Positions 53,873 through 64,000 of a stretch of 64,000 bases of DNA are shown one piece after another. The notes below the pieces were generated by a model, which was not told the DNA's origin, did not search any database, and saw nothing but the letters and a program-made list of their open reading frames with translations. The DNA comes from an uncultured Candidatus Cloacimonadota bacterium (lineage in GTDB: Bacteria > Cloacimonadota > Cloacimonadia > Cloacimonadales > CAYQPF01), in NCBI GenBank assembly GCA_964419225.1, contig CAYQPF010000001.1, forward strand, positions 45,424 through 109,423, written 5' to 3'. The translations under genes were made by a program, and so were the position numbers. The number at the start of each line of letters is the position of its first letter. Position 1 is the first letter of the stretch.

Positions 53873-56714
53873 AGAAAACTTGGATCAATTTAAAACAGAA
53901 TTACTAAATTTTATCGTAATCGACATAGAAACAACAGGCCTAAGTTATACTCAGGATGATATTATCGAGATCTCCGCTCTTAAATATGAAAAAGCAGTTA
54001 AAACCGATTCTTATAATACTCTGATCAGACTGTCGCATCCGTTACCCAAACACATCATCCAATTAACCGGCATAACAGATCAGGATCTGGCTGGTGGTAA
54101 AACTGTTAAAGAAGCTTTAAAGGAACTCAAAGGTTTTTGCGGAGATGAAGTTCTTGTTTTTCATAATCAGAGTTTTGACCTTAATTTCTTGAATTATCAT
54201 CTGGAAAAAAGCTGGAAAACCAGATTTTATAACCAAACTTTGGATACTCTGGAATTGAGTAAAATATTTCTTCCCTATCTGGATAATCATCGTCTGGAAA
54301 CACTTGCTGCTCATTTTGAAATTGAAAACAAAAATGCTCATAGAGCTGCCAGCGATAGCGAAGCAACCGCAGAATTACTCTTTAAAATTTGCGAGTTTAT
54401 TCTCGACAGAATCCCGGTTCACCTTCTCAATTCTTTGCATAATGTCGTGCAATATGTAACAGCTGCTGATTTTCTCTCTACCATCATATACAAACTCCTG
54501 CAATACAAACAGAAAATTGCTCTTCTGCAGGATCAAAAGGGACTGCCTGAGAGTACTGCTCTCAATTTCCTGGAGAACAAACCACAACTGGAAAAAGATT
54601 TTACTATCAAAGAAGTCTTTGCAGACGATGGATTATTAAAACAAAACTTCCCTAATTATGAACTGAGACAGGGTCAAATTGCCATGACTCAGGCTGTCTA
54701 TGAAAGCATGGTGCAAAACGCTTTTCTGCTTGTTGAAGCAGGTACAGGTGTCGGTAAATCTTTGGCTTATTTAATTCCGGCTCTTAAATTCTCTGCCTCT
54801 GCCAAAGAACGAGTTATAATCTCTACCAATACTAAAAATTTACAGGAACAATTATTCTACAAAGATATTCCCATCCTGAGCAAATTCCTTCCTACACATT
54901 TTACGGCTGTTCTTTTAAAAGGAAGAGATAATTATATTTGCGAAAAGAAATGGCAGGATGTAATTACTGACGTCGGTAAACATCTTTCGCCCGAAGAAGC
55001 CTGGGGACTACTATATCTAATCATCTGGAAAGAAACTACCAAAACAGGAGATATTTCTGAAAATACCTCTTTTTCCAAAAGCAGCAGTGCCATCCTATGG
55101 AAAAAGCTCATGGCTGACAGACATTTCTGCCCGGGAAAAAGATGCAAATTAGCTTCCCGCTGCTATTTGATGGACATCAGAACCAAAGCAGAAGCCGCTA
55201 ATTTGGTGGTAGTTAACCATTCTCTCCTTTTTGCAGACATGCTGACTGAGAACGCATCAATCGGAGAATACAAATATCTGATCATCGATGAAGCTCACAA
55301 TCTCATGCAATCGGCTTCCCAATATTTCTCTGCTTCCATAAGCTACTCCGATTTCATTACTTTTTTCAATTCCCTGTTTAGTACCAAAAAAACTTTCCAA
55401 TCGGGGTTGTTGGTCAATCTGAAAGCGAATGCAGCTAAAAGCAGTTTTGAACGTTCCGACAAAGATCTGTTTACTACCAAAATTGAAACTATCTGCGTCG
55501 ATCTGCAGGATAAAACGAGTATTTTTGAGGATCTTTTCAACTGGGTCAATCTGGAAGTTCGACTTAAAGGTGATTACCAAAAACTGAGGGTAAAGAGGAT
55601 TGAAGATTACAAACTACTCACAGAAAAACTTGCACTTTGTGAAAACTACATGGAAGCTTTAAGAAAGGATATCATCTTCCTGCACCATTATCTGGAAAAT
55701 GTTAATAGCTCCAGATTTGTAGAACATCAGGAATCCATGAGTAATCTTGACTCCATTCTGCAAAAAATTGAAGAATACACCACGACCTTAACTATATTAA
55801 AAGAACCTGATCTGAGCAATAATGCGTATTGGTTGTCCAGTATAAGTGCTGAGGATGGAAAGTATCCGGGCGGTATTATTAACTATGCACCTTTATCTGT
55901 AAATGTCCTCCTTAAGGAAAAGCTCTTCGACATGATGAACACAATAATCTTTACCTCAGCGACAATCAGTATCAGAGGCTCCTTTAAATACTTCATGAGC
56001 CAGCTTGGTCTTGACTTGCTGAAAGAAAAAGTATTGAATCAGGAAATCGTAGAGTCACCTTTTGACTATCCTAATCAGACAGTAGTTGCCACAGCTGCAT
56101 ATTTACCTGCTCATACAGATGCTTATTACATGCCCAAAAGCATTGATCTTCTCAAAAATATTATCACAAAAGCCAGAGTTGGAACCTTGGTTTTATTCAC
56201 ATCCTATAAGGATTTAAACAAGGTTTACGAAGAGATGGAAGAATTTTGTTTCCAAAAAAATATCACCCTCCTGGCTCAGGGAAAGGGTAGTTCGAGAAGT
56301 TCTCTTCTGAAAGATTTCAAGAATACAGGTAATGCTGTCTTGCTGGGAACAAGCTCATTTTGGGAAGGTATTGATGTTCAGGGCGAATCTCTTTCTATCT
56401 TAGTTTTGTTTAAACTCCCTTTTCAGGTTCCTTCAGATCCAATCGTAGAGGCATATATCGAAAAACTTGCTGCTGAAAACAAAGATTCTTTTATGCATTA
56501 TATGCTCCCTAATGCACTTTTGAAAATGCGTCAGGGTTTCGGCAGACTTATCAGAAGCAAATCTGATCATGGTGCTGTAATAATTCTCGATAACAGAGTC
56601 TTCACTAAAAAATATGGTCAGTATTTTCTGGAAACCTTGCCTTCTCCTGTTCTAAATTGTCAAAGCCCCCTGGAAATTTACGATAAAATAGTTCACTGGT
56701 TCAAAAGATTATAA
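53862..56714 (+). CDS. dinG: DinG-family ATP-dependent helicase fused to N-terminal DnaQ-like 3'-5' exonuclease
   Basis: Exo I FIVIDIETTGL. HRAASDSEAT. Helicase EAGTGVGKS. IIDEAHNL. C-terminal GTSSFWEGID and QGFGRLIRS. Confidence 0.9.
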   Translation: MDFKENLDQFKTELLNFIVIDIETTGLSYTQDDIIEISALKYEKAVKTDSYNTLIRLSHPLPKHIIQLTGITDQDLAGGKTVKEALKELKGFCGDEVLVFHNQSFDLNFLNYHLEKSWKTRFYNQTLDTLELSKIFLPYLDNHRLETLAAHFEIENKNAHRAASDSEATAELLFKICEFILDRIPVHLLNSLHNVVQYVTAADFLSTIIYKLLQYKQKIALLQDQKGLPESTALNFLENKPQLEKDFTIKEVFADDGLLKQNFPNYELRQGQIAMTQAVYESMVQNAFLLVEAGTGVGKSLAYLIPALKFSASAKERVIISTNTKNLQEQLFYKDIPILSKFLPTHFTAVLLKGRDNYICEKKWQDVITDVGKHLSPEEAWGLLYLIIWKETTKTGDISENTSFSKSSSAILWKKLMADRHFCPGKRCKLASRCYLMDIRTKAEAANLVVVNHSLLFADMLTENASIGEYKYLIIDEAHNLMQSASQYFSASISYSDFITFFNSLFSTKKTFQSGLLVNLKANAAKSSFERSDKDLFTTKIETICVDLQDKTSIFEDLFNWVNLEVRLKGDYQKLRVKRIEDYKLLTEKLALCENYMEALRKDIIFLHHYLENVNSSRFVEHQESMSNLDSILQKIEEYTTTLTILKEPDLSNNAYWLSSISAEDGKYPGGIINYAPLSVNVLLKEKLFDMMNTIIFTSATISIRGSFKYFMSQLGLDLLKEKVLNQEIVESPFDYPNQTVVATAAYLPAHTDAYYMPKSIDLLKNIITKARVGTLVLFTSYKDLNKVYEEMEEFCFQKNITLLAQGKGSSRSSLLKDFKNTGNAVLLGTSSFWEGIDVQGESLSILVLFKLPFQVPSDPIVEAYIEKLAAENKDSFMHYMLPNALLKMRQGFGRLIRSKSDHGAVIILDNRVFTKKYGQYFLETLPSPVLNCQSPLEIYDKIVHWFKRL

Positions 56715-56841
56715 AAAAGATATAGAAATGACTAAGTAGAGAAATCAAATTTGAGTTTTATTTCTTGACTTGGTACAAGTTCTTTAAGTATCTTGGATAA
56801 AAAATACAGGCATCTTGGAGTTGATATGATTATGTGGACTT

Positions 56842-59800
56842 ATGAAGCAGGTAATTATGGAAAATGATCTAATTTATACAAAGATAATCAATAATATGCC
56901 TTTGGGGTATGTCAGACATGAACTCATTTTCAATAAATCCGGAACCGTTGTCGATTACAAAATACTCGAAGTAAATCCTGCTTATGAAGTTATGTCAGGT
57001 ATGAAAAGTGAACATTTGGTCGGGCAAACACATAATGAGTTAATTGATAATTATTCTTCTCCGCCTAATCCATTTTTTGATACATATGTGCAAATCGCCT
57101 TGAACCAAACCCAAACTTCTTTTACCCATTATTCTTTACGTATCAAGAAATGGTTTCATGTTAAAGCCTTTTCTCCTGAAAAAAACCAGTTTGTGACCAT
57201 TATTCAGGATATTACCAGCCTAAAGCACTCTGAAGATTTAAAGGAAATTTTCTTTGATATGTCTCTGGATTTGTTGTGTATTGCCGATTACGACGGATTC
57301 TTTGTCCACTTGAGTAAAACCTGGAAAAACCTGCTTGGCTGGGAACTTGAAGAATTATATAAAGAGCCTTTCTTGAGTTTTATTCATCCCGAAGATCGGG
57401 AAAAAGCCAAACAAGCCTTGATAAATCTGCTGGATACAAACACAATGAATGGTTTGGAATTTCGTTTTGTGCGTAAAGATGGATCTTATTTGTGGCTTTC
57501 ATGGAATGCCAAACTGGAAAAAGATAAAAATCTTATCTATGCTGTAGCCCGGGATATCCAACAACATAAAGTTGTGGAAGATCTAACAGAAAAAGAAGCC
57601 AAACTCAATGAAAATCTTCTAAAACTGACTTTACTTAATGAAAAACTCTTTAAAATCATTGACGATTTTCCCTTAGCTATTGCGGTTACTGATCTGAAAG
57701 GTAAGGCAGAATTACTAAATAAGAAATATCTGGAGCTCTTTGATTATCCTAAGAATAAAATTGATAGTGTCGAAAATGTTGCCAATAATACTTTAAAATC
57801 TCTGGAAATTGCCCAGGAAAAAATTCTTGAAGCAAAAAAGATAATGCACCTTAGTTTAATTGAAAAATCACAGTTTGGTCCTATTGCATTAGAAATAACT
57901 ACAGGGAAAAACGAAATCAGATATTTGGATGCTTACTATTTAAATCTGGGGTTGTTTGGAATTTGGACATTTAATGATCTCACTCCTCAAAAAACAGCTG
58001 AAAAGCAATTAGAAAAAAATCAACAAATGGTTGAACAATACATTGATTCAATTGAAGATCATATGTTCATCGTTCGTAAGGATGGTGAGAAATATCAAAT
58101 TGTCTTAATAAATGATTCCTTGAGTAAATTTGTGAATATCCCCAAAGAAATCATTTTTATTACCCCGTTAGATGTGCTTTTCCCTGACTCCTTTGGGCCC
58201 TTATACGAAAAATATGACAAAGTATTAGAAAGCAAAGCAGCACTGCATTATGAGGAAGATGGCCCTCTGATCGATGGAAAACCCACCTATTTTGACACTC
58301 TTTTAACACCCATTTTTGACGAAGATGGAAGTGCCATTATGGTTGCCGGCTTGTCCAGAAATATAACAGGCAGAAAAAAGTTTGAGCAGGAATTACTTAG
58401 AGCTAAAGAACAAGCTGAAGCCGCTAACATAGCTAAAAGAGAATTTCTCGCCAATATGAGTCATGAAATCCGCACTCCTATGAATTCTATCATGGGATTT
58501 TCTGAATTGTTAAAAGAAAATTCACCCGATGCAAAATCTACTTATTATATAAATGGAATCATGAGTAGTGGTAAAACACTTTTATCTTTGATCAATGATT
58601 TTCTTGATTTATCCAAAATTGAAGCTAATCGCATGATTCTTAACCCTGAACCATGTAAAATTAAACCACTTCTGAACGAATTTACAAAGATTTTTCAACA
58701 ACAACAAGTATCAAAGAACATTAACTTCACTATCAGAATTGATTCTTCAGTTCCGAAAAATATCCTGATTGATGAAGTACGATTCAAACAAATTATCTAT
58801 AATTTGCTTTCCAATTCTTTCAAATTTACTCACGAGGGATTCATATCTCTCTGTGTAGCTTGTGAGGATATTCAAGAAAACAAATTATCTCTGTCTATCA
58901 CCTTAACTGATTCAGGGATAGGTATCCCCAAAGACCAGTATGCCCAAATCTTTGAGGCCTTTATCCAACAGGATGGACAAAATACCCGACGCTATGGCGG
59001 TACAGGTTTGGGTTTAACTATTACAAAACGGCTGGTAGAAATCATGGGTGGCACAATCTATGTACATAGTGAAATTGGTAAAGGCTCTCAATTTGATATA
59101 GTGATCCCTGATTTGGAAATTATTCCGGATAAGGAAACCTCTTCTATGGTGATTATTGAACAAAAATCTGACTATAATTTCCTGAATGCCAGAATCCTGA
59201 TTTGTGAAGATATGGATATTCATCTGGAATTGATTAAAACTTTTCTGGAAAACACTAATTGTGAAATTATTACAGCTCGAAATGGCAAAGAAGCTGTCGT
59301 TAAAACCTTGGAAAATAATCCGGATTTGATTCTGATGGATGTCCTTATGCCAGAAATGGACGGCTTGGATGCTACTAAAGAAATCAGGAAAACTTTCGCT
59401 TCTACACAAATCCCAATCATTATTATTTCTGCTTCTGCCCTCTCACACGATATAGCTTCTTTAGAAAACTTCGCTAATGGCTTTATCCTTAAACCTATCG
59501 AAAGAGGAAACCTTCTTACTGCCATAGCTAAAGCATTACCCCTGGCAAAATCTAAAACTTCCGAGCAATTTGTTTATGACCTTACAAAAACCAAACGTAT
59601 CAGTCCCTATGTTCGAAAAAAAATGGAAAGCAAGTTCCTTTCTTTATGGAAGCAAACAGCTTCTTTGATGATAAATGATGATATTCAGGAATTCGCCCAT
59701 AAATTAAAAAAATTCTCCCAAAAATATGATCTTGATTTCTTTATAGATTATGCCGTTCAATTGGACGATTTGGCTGAAAATTTTCAAATAGAACAGATGA

Positions 59801-59862
59801 ATAACAGTTTTCTTCAATTCCCAAAATTATTAAATGATATCCAAAAAGAAAAGGAGGAATAA
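56842..59862 (+). CDS. Hybrid sensor histidine kinase/response regulator with multiple PAS domains and C-terminal HPt-like region
   Basis: H-box MSHEIRTPMNSI. HATPase GTGLGLTITKRLVE. REC ILICEDMD...LILMDVLMPEMDG...LKP. No TM helix seen. Confidence 0.9.
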   Translation: MKQVIMENDLIYTKIINNMPLGYVRHELIFNKSGTVVDYKILEVNPAYEVMSGMKSEHLVGQTHNELIDNYSSPPNPFFDTYVQIALNQTQTSFTHYSLRIKKWFHVKAFSPEKNQFVTIIQDITSLKHSEDLKEIFFDMSLDLLCIADYDGFFVHLSKTWKNLLGWELEELYKEPFLSFIHPEDREKAKQALINLLDTNTMNGLEFRFVRKDGSYLWLSWNAKLEKDKNLIYAVARDIQQHKVVEDLTEKEAKLNENLLKLTLLNEKLFKIIDDFPLAIAVTDLKGKAELLNKKYLELFDYPKNKIDSVENVANNTLKSLEIAQEKILEAKKIMHLSLIEKSQFGPIALEITTGKNEIRYLDAYYLNLGLFGIWTFNDLTPQKTAEKQLEKNQQMVEQYIDSIEDHMFIVRKDGEKYQIVLINDSLSKFVNIPKEIIFITPLDVLFPDSFGPLYEKYDKVLESKAALHYEEDGPLIDGKPTYFDTLLTPIFDEDGSAIMVAGLSRNITGRKKFEQELLRAKEQAEAANIAKREFLANMSHEIRTPMNSIMGFSELLKENSPDAKSTYYINGIMSSGKTLLSLINDFLDLSKIEANRMILNPEPCKIKPLLNEFTKIFQQQQVSKNINFTIRIDSSVPKNILIDEVRFKQIIYNLLSNSFKFTHEGFISLCVACEDIQENKLSLSITLTDSGIGIPKDQYAQIFEAFIQQDGQNTRRYGGTGLGLTITKRLVEIMGGTIYVHSEIGKGSQFDIVIPDLEIIPDKETSSMVIIEQKSDYNFLNARILICEDMDIHLELIKTFLENTNCEIITARNGKEAVVKTLENNPDLILMDVLMPEMDGLDATKEIRKTFASTQIPIIIISASALSHDIASLENFANGFILKPIERGNLLTAIAKALPLAKSKTSEQFVYDLTKTKRISPYVRKKMESKFLSLWKQTASLMINDDIQEFAHKLKKFSQKYDLDFFIDYAVQLDDLAENFQIEQMNNSFLQFPKLLNDIQKEKEE

Positions 59863-59863
59863 A

Positions 59864-60643
59864 ATGAAGCATATAATTTTTTATTACACAGGCTCAGGCA
59901 ATTCCCTCGCTCTTGCTAAATACATGCAGCTTAAAAATCCTGAGAGTGAGTTGATCTCTATACCTAAAGCATTTGCCAACATTGAACCTATCACTGCTGA
60001 TGTCGTCGGATTCGTGTTTCCCGTCTATGCCTGGGGAATGCCCCGTATGCTCGAAGACTTTCTTTCTCAGGTAAAATTTGATACTAAACCTTACATCTAT
60101 GCCCTGGTAACTCGCGGAGGTTATTCTGGTAAAGTTCTTCCCCAAATGAACGATTACCTCAAAAAGAAAGGACAGGAATTAAGTCTGGGCTTTGGCATAA
60201 AAATGCCTGCTAATTTTATCATCGGTTATAATCCCCGCGGTACGGAAGATGTGCAGGAACAAATGGAAAAAATCAAAGTTCGGGCTGACAAGATAAATGA
60301 GTTAATCAAAATCAAGCACAAAGGTCTTATCGATTCTTCGTTTTTCCTCTTCGATGCCATATCTTTTTCAGTGCACAGGCTTGCACTCAATCATTTCAAA
60401 AAAGGCGACAAAAATTTCTGGATTAATGAAAATTGTATAGATTGCCATATCTGTGAAAAAATATGCCCTCGTAATAATATTCAGATCGTCAAAGAAATTA
60501 GAACCTGGAAGCATGACTGTGAGATGTGTCTGGCCTGCATCCACTGGTGCCCCAAACAAGCTATTCAATACAAAAATATTACTGCCAAAAGAAGAAGATA
60601 TACCCACCCTGAAATCAAGGTTGAAGAATTATTTCTGAGATGA
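59864..60643 (+). CDS. EFR1-family ferredoxin (flavodoxin-like domain + 2x 4Fe-4S motif)
   Basis: The internal ATG gives MKHIIFYYTGSGNS. CIDCHICEKICP and CEMCLACIHWCP. Confidence 0.6.
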   Translation: MKHIIFYYTGSGNSLALAKYMQLKNPESELISIPKAFANIEPITADVVGFVFPVYAWGMPRMLEDFLSQVKFDTKPYIYALVTRGGYSGKVLPQMNDYLKKKGQELSLGFGIKMPANFIIGYNPRGTEDVQEQMEKIKVRADKINELIKIKHKGLIDSSFFLFDAISFSVHRLALNHFKKGDKNFWINENCIDCHICEKICPRNNIQIVKEIRTWKHDCEMCLACIHWCPKQAIQYKNITAKRRRYTHPEIKVEELFLR

Positions 60644-60715
60644 GTAAAAAATCTTTGACAAAAATCATTCTTTTTAAAGAGTTAACAAAAAATATATAAG
60701 ATGATAGGAGGATAG

Positions 60716-61171
60716 ATGTCCGATAAGACTGTTGATAAAAACGAAATTCTGGAAAAAATGAGTATTGAGCATAGAAAGCCATTCTCTTTAATCGAACTTT
60801 TAATGATTATTATGATTGTTGGTACTTGCTTAACTATTTTTATTCCGGTTCAACAAGCCAGACAAGATGAACTCAAAGTTAAAGACACTATTAAAGTTAT
60901 GCAACAAATCGTTCAGGCAGAAATTGATTACAAAAATAATCCTGCTTTAGGAAATGGCTCTTTTGCTATCGACATTTCTGAATTAAAGAGTGCAACTGCT
61001 CAGTTAGACACAACCTATTTCAATTATGCTGTAAGCGATACAGCTGTTGTTGCAACCAGTACTAAGAATTTCAGTAAACCCAATGTTGTGTTCTATTATC
61101 ACTTAACAGAACAAAGATACATGGTTAACAAAGAGTTCAAAGACGTAATCGACATCAACTGGTTACCCTAA
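60716..61171 (+). CDS. Pilin/pseudopilin-like protein with prepilin-type N-terminal helix (atypical leader)
   Basis: RKPFSLIELLMIIMIVGTCLTIFIP resembles the class III signal (xFSLIEL), but no Gly at -1. AGGAGG SD. Confidence 0.5.
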   Translation: MSDKTVDKNEILEKMSIEHRKPFSLIELLMIIMIVGTCLTIFIPVQQARQDELKVKDTIKVMQQIVQAEIDYKNNPALGNGSFAIDISELKSATAQLDTTYFNYAVSDTAVVATSTKNFSKPNVVFYYHLTEQRYMVNKEFKDVIDINWLP

Positions 61172-61186
61172 TCTTTTTAATTATAC

Positions 61187-61217
61187 AAAGCCTTCAGTCG
61201 CTCTGAAGGCTTTTTTT
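61187..61217 (+). terminator. Rho-independent terminator
   Basis: aaagccttcag-tcgct-ctgaaggcttt followed by tttttt. Confidence 0.8.
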
Positions 61218-61221
61218 ATTT

Positions 61222-62763
61222 ATGATTTTACCACTAATATTCGGTTATACAGAAATTCATTACCATCTCAGGTATTTATATCCTCTTTACTACCGTCGTG
61301 AACCTGAAATAATTACTGATTTTCCAAAAAGACTTGTCTTTTCCCGTTCCTCAACTCTTCCTTTGCTCTTCATTATCAAAGACAGTCACCTGTTCCCGGT
61401 TAAAATCCTTAAACTGATCATTGAAATTAATCACAATATGGGCATAAAACGCCATGTTATCACCCTTAATCAGGATTTTAACTCAAAATATTTTTCCGAA
61501 ATTTACCCGTTAAATCTTGATAATGTGGAAAAAGAACAAACTCTCTCTATTAATGTCCAAATCGAATATAGCAAAAACAAGCGTAAACGCAAATGTATAA
61601 ATGACAATTACTCTTCTCTCAATACTCCGCCGTATCAGGTATATTACACGGAAACTGGCAATACCTACCCTCCGGACTGGTTTGCGGGAGAAGCACATTA
61701 TCACAGTGATTTTACTGAGGATCAGGTCGAATTCGGTGCAGATATTCCCTCTACAGCAACTTTGGCCAAACAAATGGGTCTCGATTGGTTCTTTGTTACC
61801 GACCATTCTTACGATCTTGATGATAAATTAGATTCTTATCTGACTAATGATCCGGATCTGCCCAAATGGCACTCCATGCAGAAAACCGCTCTCGCGGAGG
61901 ATTCTCCGGAACTGAGAATTATCCCGGGTGAAGAGATCTCCATCGGCAATTCCCAAAATAGAAATATACACCTCCTCTCCATTAATCACCCCGAATTCAT
62001 CGAAGGTTATGGAGATGGGGCCGAAAAATGGTTCGATAATAAACCTTTGCACAATATCTCCGAAATCAACCTCAAACACAGTCAGGACAACCTTTTTATT
62101 GCAGCTCATCCTCACGAACAAATCCCCTGGATCCAAAAAATCACCCTCAACCGCGGAACCTGGGATTTACAGGATTTTCTGAAAGCAGGTATTACTCATC
62201 TCCAACTCATTAATTCCTCCAACTTTCATGAAATGGAAAAAAATGTTATCTATTGGAAATCTCTCCTTCTCAAAAAATATAAATTCCTTCTCTTAGCCGG
62301 AAATGATGCTCATGGTAATTTTAATGTGCTCAGACAAATCAAATCCCCTTTCCTTAAGCTCTATCATGAAAGAAAACAAATCTTCGGTAGCATGATGACA
62401 GTTTTCAATTATCCTGAGAATAACCCGGTTGCCGGGTTAAAACAAGGCAGGGTATTTGTCACAAATGGTCCATTCCTGGATTTCTCTGTCTCTCAGGGTG
62501 AAACAACTGTCTATGTGGGCCAATCCTGTTCTCTGAGAGGTAAAATAACCCTGAACATTCAGGCCAATTCTTTTGAGGAATACGGCAATATTAAAAAGAT
62601 TATCCTGCATCAGGGTTTCTATCAAAATAAGGAAATCAACCAATTTCTTGATATAACTTCACCTTCTCTGGAAATAGAAGTTTCTAAGCCATGTTACCTC
62701 CGTCTCAGCCTTTACACGGCGAATAAAGGTATTGCTCTGACCAATCCTGTTTGGATAGATTAA
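61222..62763 (+). CDS. PHP-domain-like metal-dependent phosphoesterase (CehA/McbA-like), tentative
   Basis: GEAHYHSDFTED...WFFVTDHSYD...HLLSIN...AAHP...GNDAHG, a histidine pattern compatible with the PHP fold. Confidence 0.4.
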   Translation: MILPLIFGYTEIHYHLRYLYPLYYRREPEIITDFPKRLVFSRSSTLPLLFIIKDSHLFPVKILKLIIEINHNMGIKRHVITLNQDFNSKYFSEIYPLNLDNVEKEQTLSINVQIEYSKNKRKRKCINDNYSSLNTPPYQVYYTETGNTYPPDWFAGEAHYHSDFTEDQVEFGADIPSTATLAKQMGLDWFFVTDHSYDLDDKLDSYLTNDPDLPKWHSMQKTALAEDSPELRIIPGEEISIGNSQNRNIHLLSINHPEFIEGYGDGAEKWFDNKPLHNISEINLKHSQDNLFIAAHPHEQIPWIQKITLNRGTWDLQDFLKAGITHLQLINSSNFHEMEKNVIYWKSLLLKKYKFLLLAGNDAHGNFNVLRQIKSPFLKLYHERKQIFGSMMTVFNYPENNPVAGLKQGRVFVTNGPFLDFSVSQGETTVYVGQSCSLRGKITLNIQANSFEEYGNIKKIILHQGFYQNKEINQFLDITSPSLEIEVSKPCYLRLSLYTANKGIALTNPVWID

Positions 62764-62788
62764 CCTGATTTACAACTAAGGGAAAATA

Positions 62789-64000
62789 ATGAACGAAAAA
62801 ATGCTCAAATTCGAAAATGAAAAGATCAGTAAATTACTCCTGACTTTTTCCATCCCGGCCATCATCGCCATGATCGTCAACTCTCTTTATAATGTCATCG
62901 ATCGTATTTTTGTCGGTCGTTATGTTAATACTGATGCCTTATCCGGAATAGCTATCACAATGCCTATTGGCTTTATTATCATGGCTTTTGGCATGCTCAT
63001 CGGCACAGGTGCCGGGGCTCTGATTTCCATCAGACTCGGACAGGGCAGAAAAGAAGAAGCTGAAAATATTCTCGGAAATGCTTTTTCCCTGATCCTGATC
63101 ATCTCAATTGTACTTCCTGCTATTTTCTATACAAATATTGACTGGTTTCTTAAAATCTTCGGGGCCAGCACTACCATTCTTCCCTATGCCAGAAGCTTTA
63201 TCACGATCATTCTGGCAGGTTCCTTTTTTGGTCATGTCAGCTTTGCTTTGAGTGCTGTGATCAGAGCAGAAGGAAGTCCCAGGATCTCCATGCTGACTCA
63301 ATTAGTCAATGCTCTGCTAAATATTGTCCTGGCTTATGTTTTTATCTGCCTTATGGGGTGGGGTGTTGTTGCCTCTGCTTTGGCAACAGTTATTTCTCAG
63401 GCTGTATCAGCTTTTTGGGTACTCATGTTTTTCCGCAGCAAACACAGCAGCCTCAAGATCCGTTGGTCTGCCATGAAATTGAAGATGCCTGTGATTCTGG
63501 GAATTTTCTCGATTGGAGTTTCTCCATTTGTCATGCAGATCATAGCAAGTCTGATCAATGTGATCTTTAACCGCCAACTCAGTCATTATGGCAATGATGT
63601 CGCCATTGGTGCCTTTGGAATTATCAACAGCATCATGCTTTTGATTCTGATGCCTGTGTTTGGTATTGTCCAGGGCTCCCAACCCATTATCGGCTACAAC
63701 TACGGTGCCAAACTTTATAGCCGGGTAAGAAAGACTGTCTTTGGAGCTGTCATTGGTGCATCTATTTTTTGTTTCTTTGGCTGGCTGATCGTTATGCTTT
63801 TCCCGACACCCATCTTAAAAATATTCACTCTCGATAAAGCTCTGATTCAAACAGGTGCACAAGGTGTGGTGATCTTCCAGGCGATGCTTTTCATCGTTGG
63901 TGCTCAGATCATCTGCGGCAGCTTCTTCCAAGCCATCGGTAAAGGCATGATTTCCTTAACTTTGACCATCAGCCGACAGGTTATATTCCTCTTTCCCTTA
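62789..64000 (+). CDS. MATE family efflux transporter (partial, continues past the window end)
   Basis: This ORF is not in the track because it has no stop in the window. It reads MNEKMLKFENEKISKLLLTFSIPAIIAMIVNSLYNVIDRIFVGRYV...GTGAGALISIRLGQGR. Confidence 0.8.
   Translation, partial: MNEKMLKFENEKISKLLLTFSIPAIIAMIVNSLYNVIDRIFVGRYVNTDALSGIAITMPIGFIIMAFGMLIGTGAGALISIRLGQGRKEEAENILGNAFSLILIISIVLPAIFYTNIDWFLKIFGASTTILPYARSFITIILAGSFFGHVSFALSAVIRAEGSPRISMLTQLVNALLNIVLAYVFICLMGWGVVASALATVISQAVSAFWVLMFFRSKHSSLKIRWSAMKLKMPVILGIFSIGVSPFVMQIIASLINVIFNRQLSHYGNDVAIGAFGIINSIMLLILMPVFGIVQGSQPIIGYNYGAKLYSRVRKTVFGAVIGASIFCFFGWLIVMLFPTPILKIFTLDKALIQTGAQGVVIFQAMLFIVGAQIICGSFFQAIGKGMISLTLTISRQVIFLFPL

Overview
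This 64 kb window is AT-rich bacterial chromosome. The repeated T9SS-type C-terminal sorting domains (NYPNPFNP...GIYFY...KMLLIK) suggest a Cloacimonadota/FCB-like organism, but that is inference only. I found no rRNA, tRNA, CRISPR array, integrase or transposase. Most of the window is housekeeping: eno, the cmk-plsC-ispH-rpsA operon, pgsA, htrA, xpt, comM/yifB, dtd, a DnaQ-DinG helicase, a hybrid histidine kinase and a MATE pump that runs off the right edge. Five secreted T9SS cargo proteins are interspersed, including a roughly 1,880-aa BNR/LTD/FN3 giant. The accessory part is a roughly 12.6 kb defense island (about 14327-26973) between a lipoprotein gene and cmk. It carries a frameshifted Bro-N gene and a Type I R-M operon (hsdM, hsdS ... 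hsdR) interrupted by three inserted genes and followed by a fourth. The inserted genes are an unassignable 384-aa protein with a PD-(D/E)xK-like signature, translationally coupled to hsdS, and an ImmA/IrrE-HTH plus DUF4411 (PIN-like) pair; a 374-aa orphan follows hsdR. These are my best candidates for an undescribed system. The second notable layer is intergenic: several recurring repeat families. These are strand-asymmetric 7-10 nt periodic arrays, a GGACGYTTAATAGAACGC family that brackets a GxxExxY gene, an 85-nt element directly 3' of T9SS cargo genes, and a MITE-like insert. Limits: all homology calls come from motif recognition by eye. Small-motif coordinates are hand-counted and may be off by 1-3 nt; in two places my count differed by 1 nt from the ORF track, and I kept the track coordinates.
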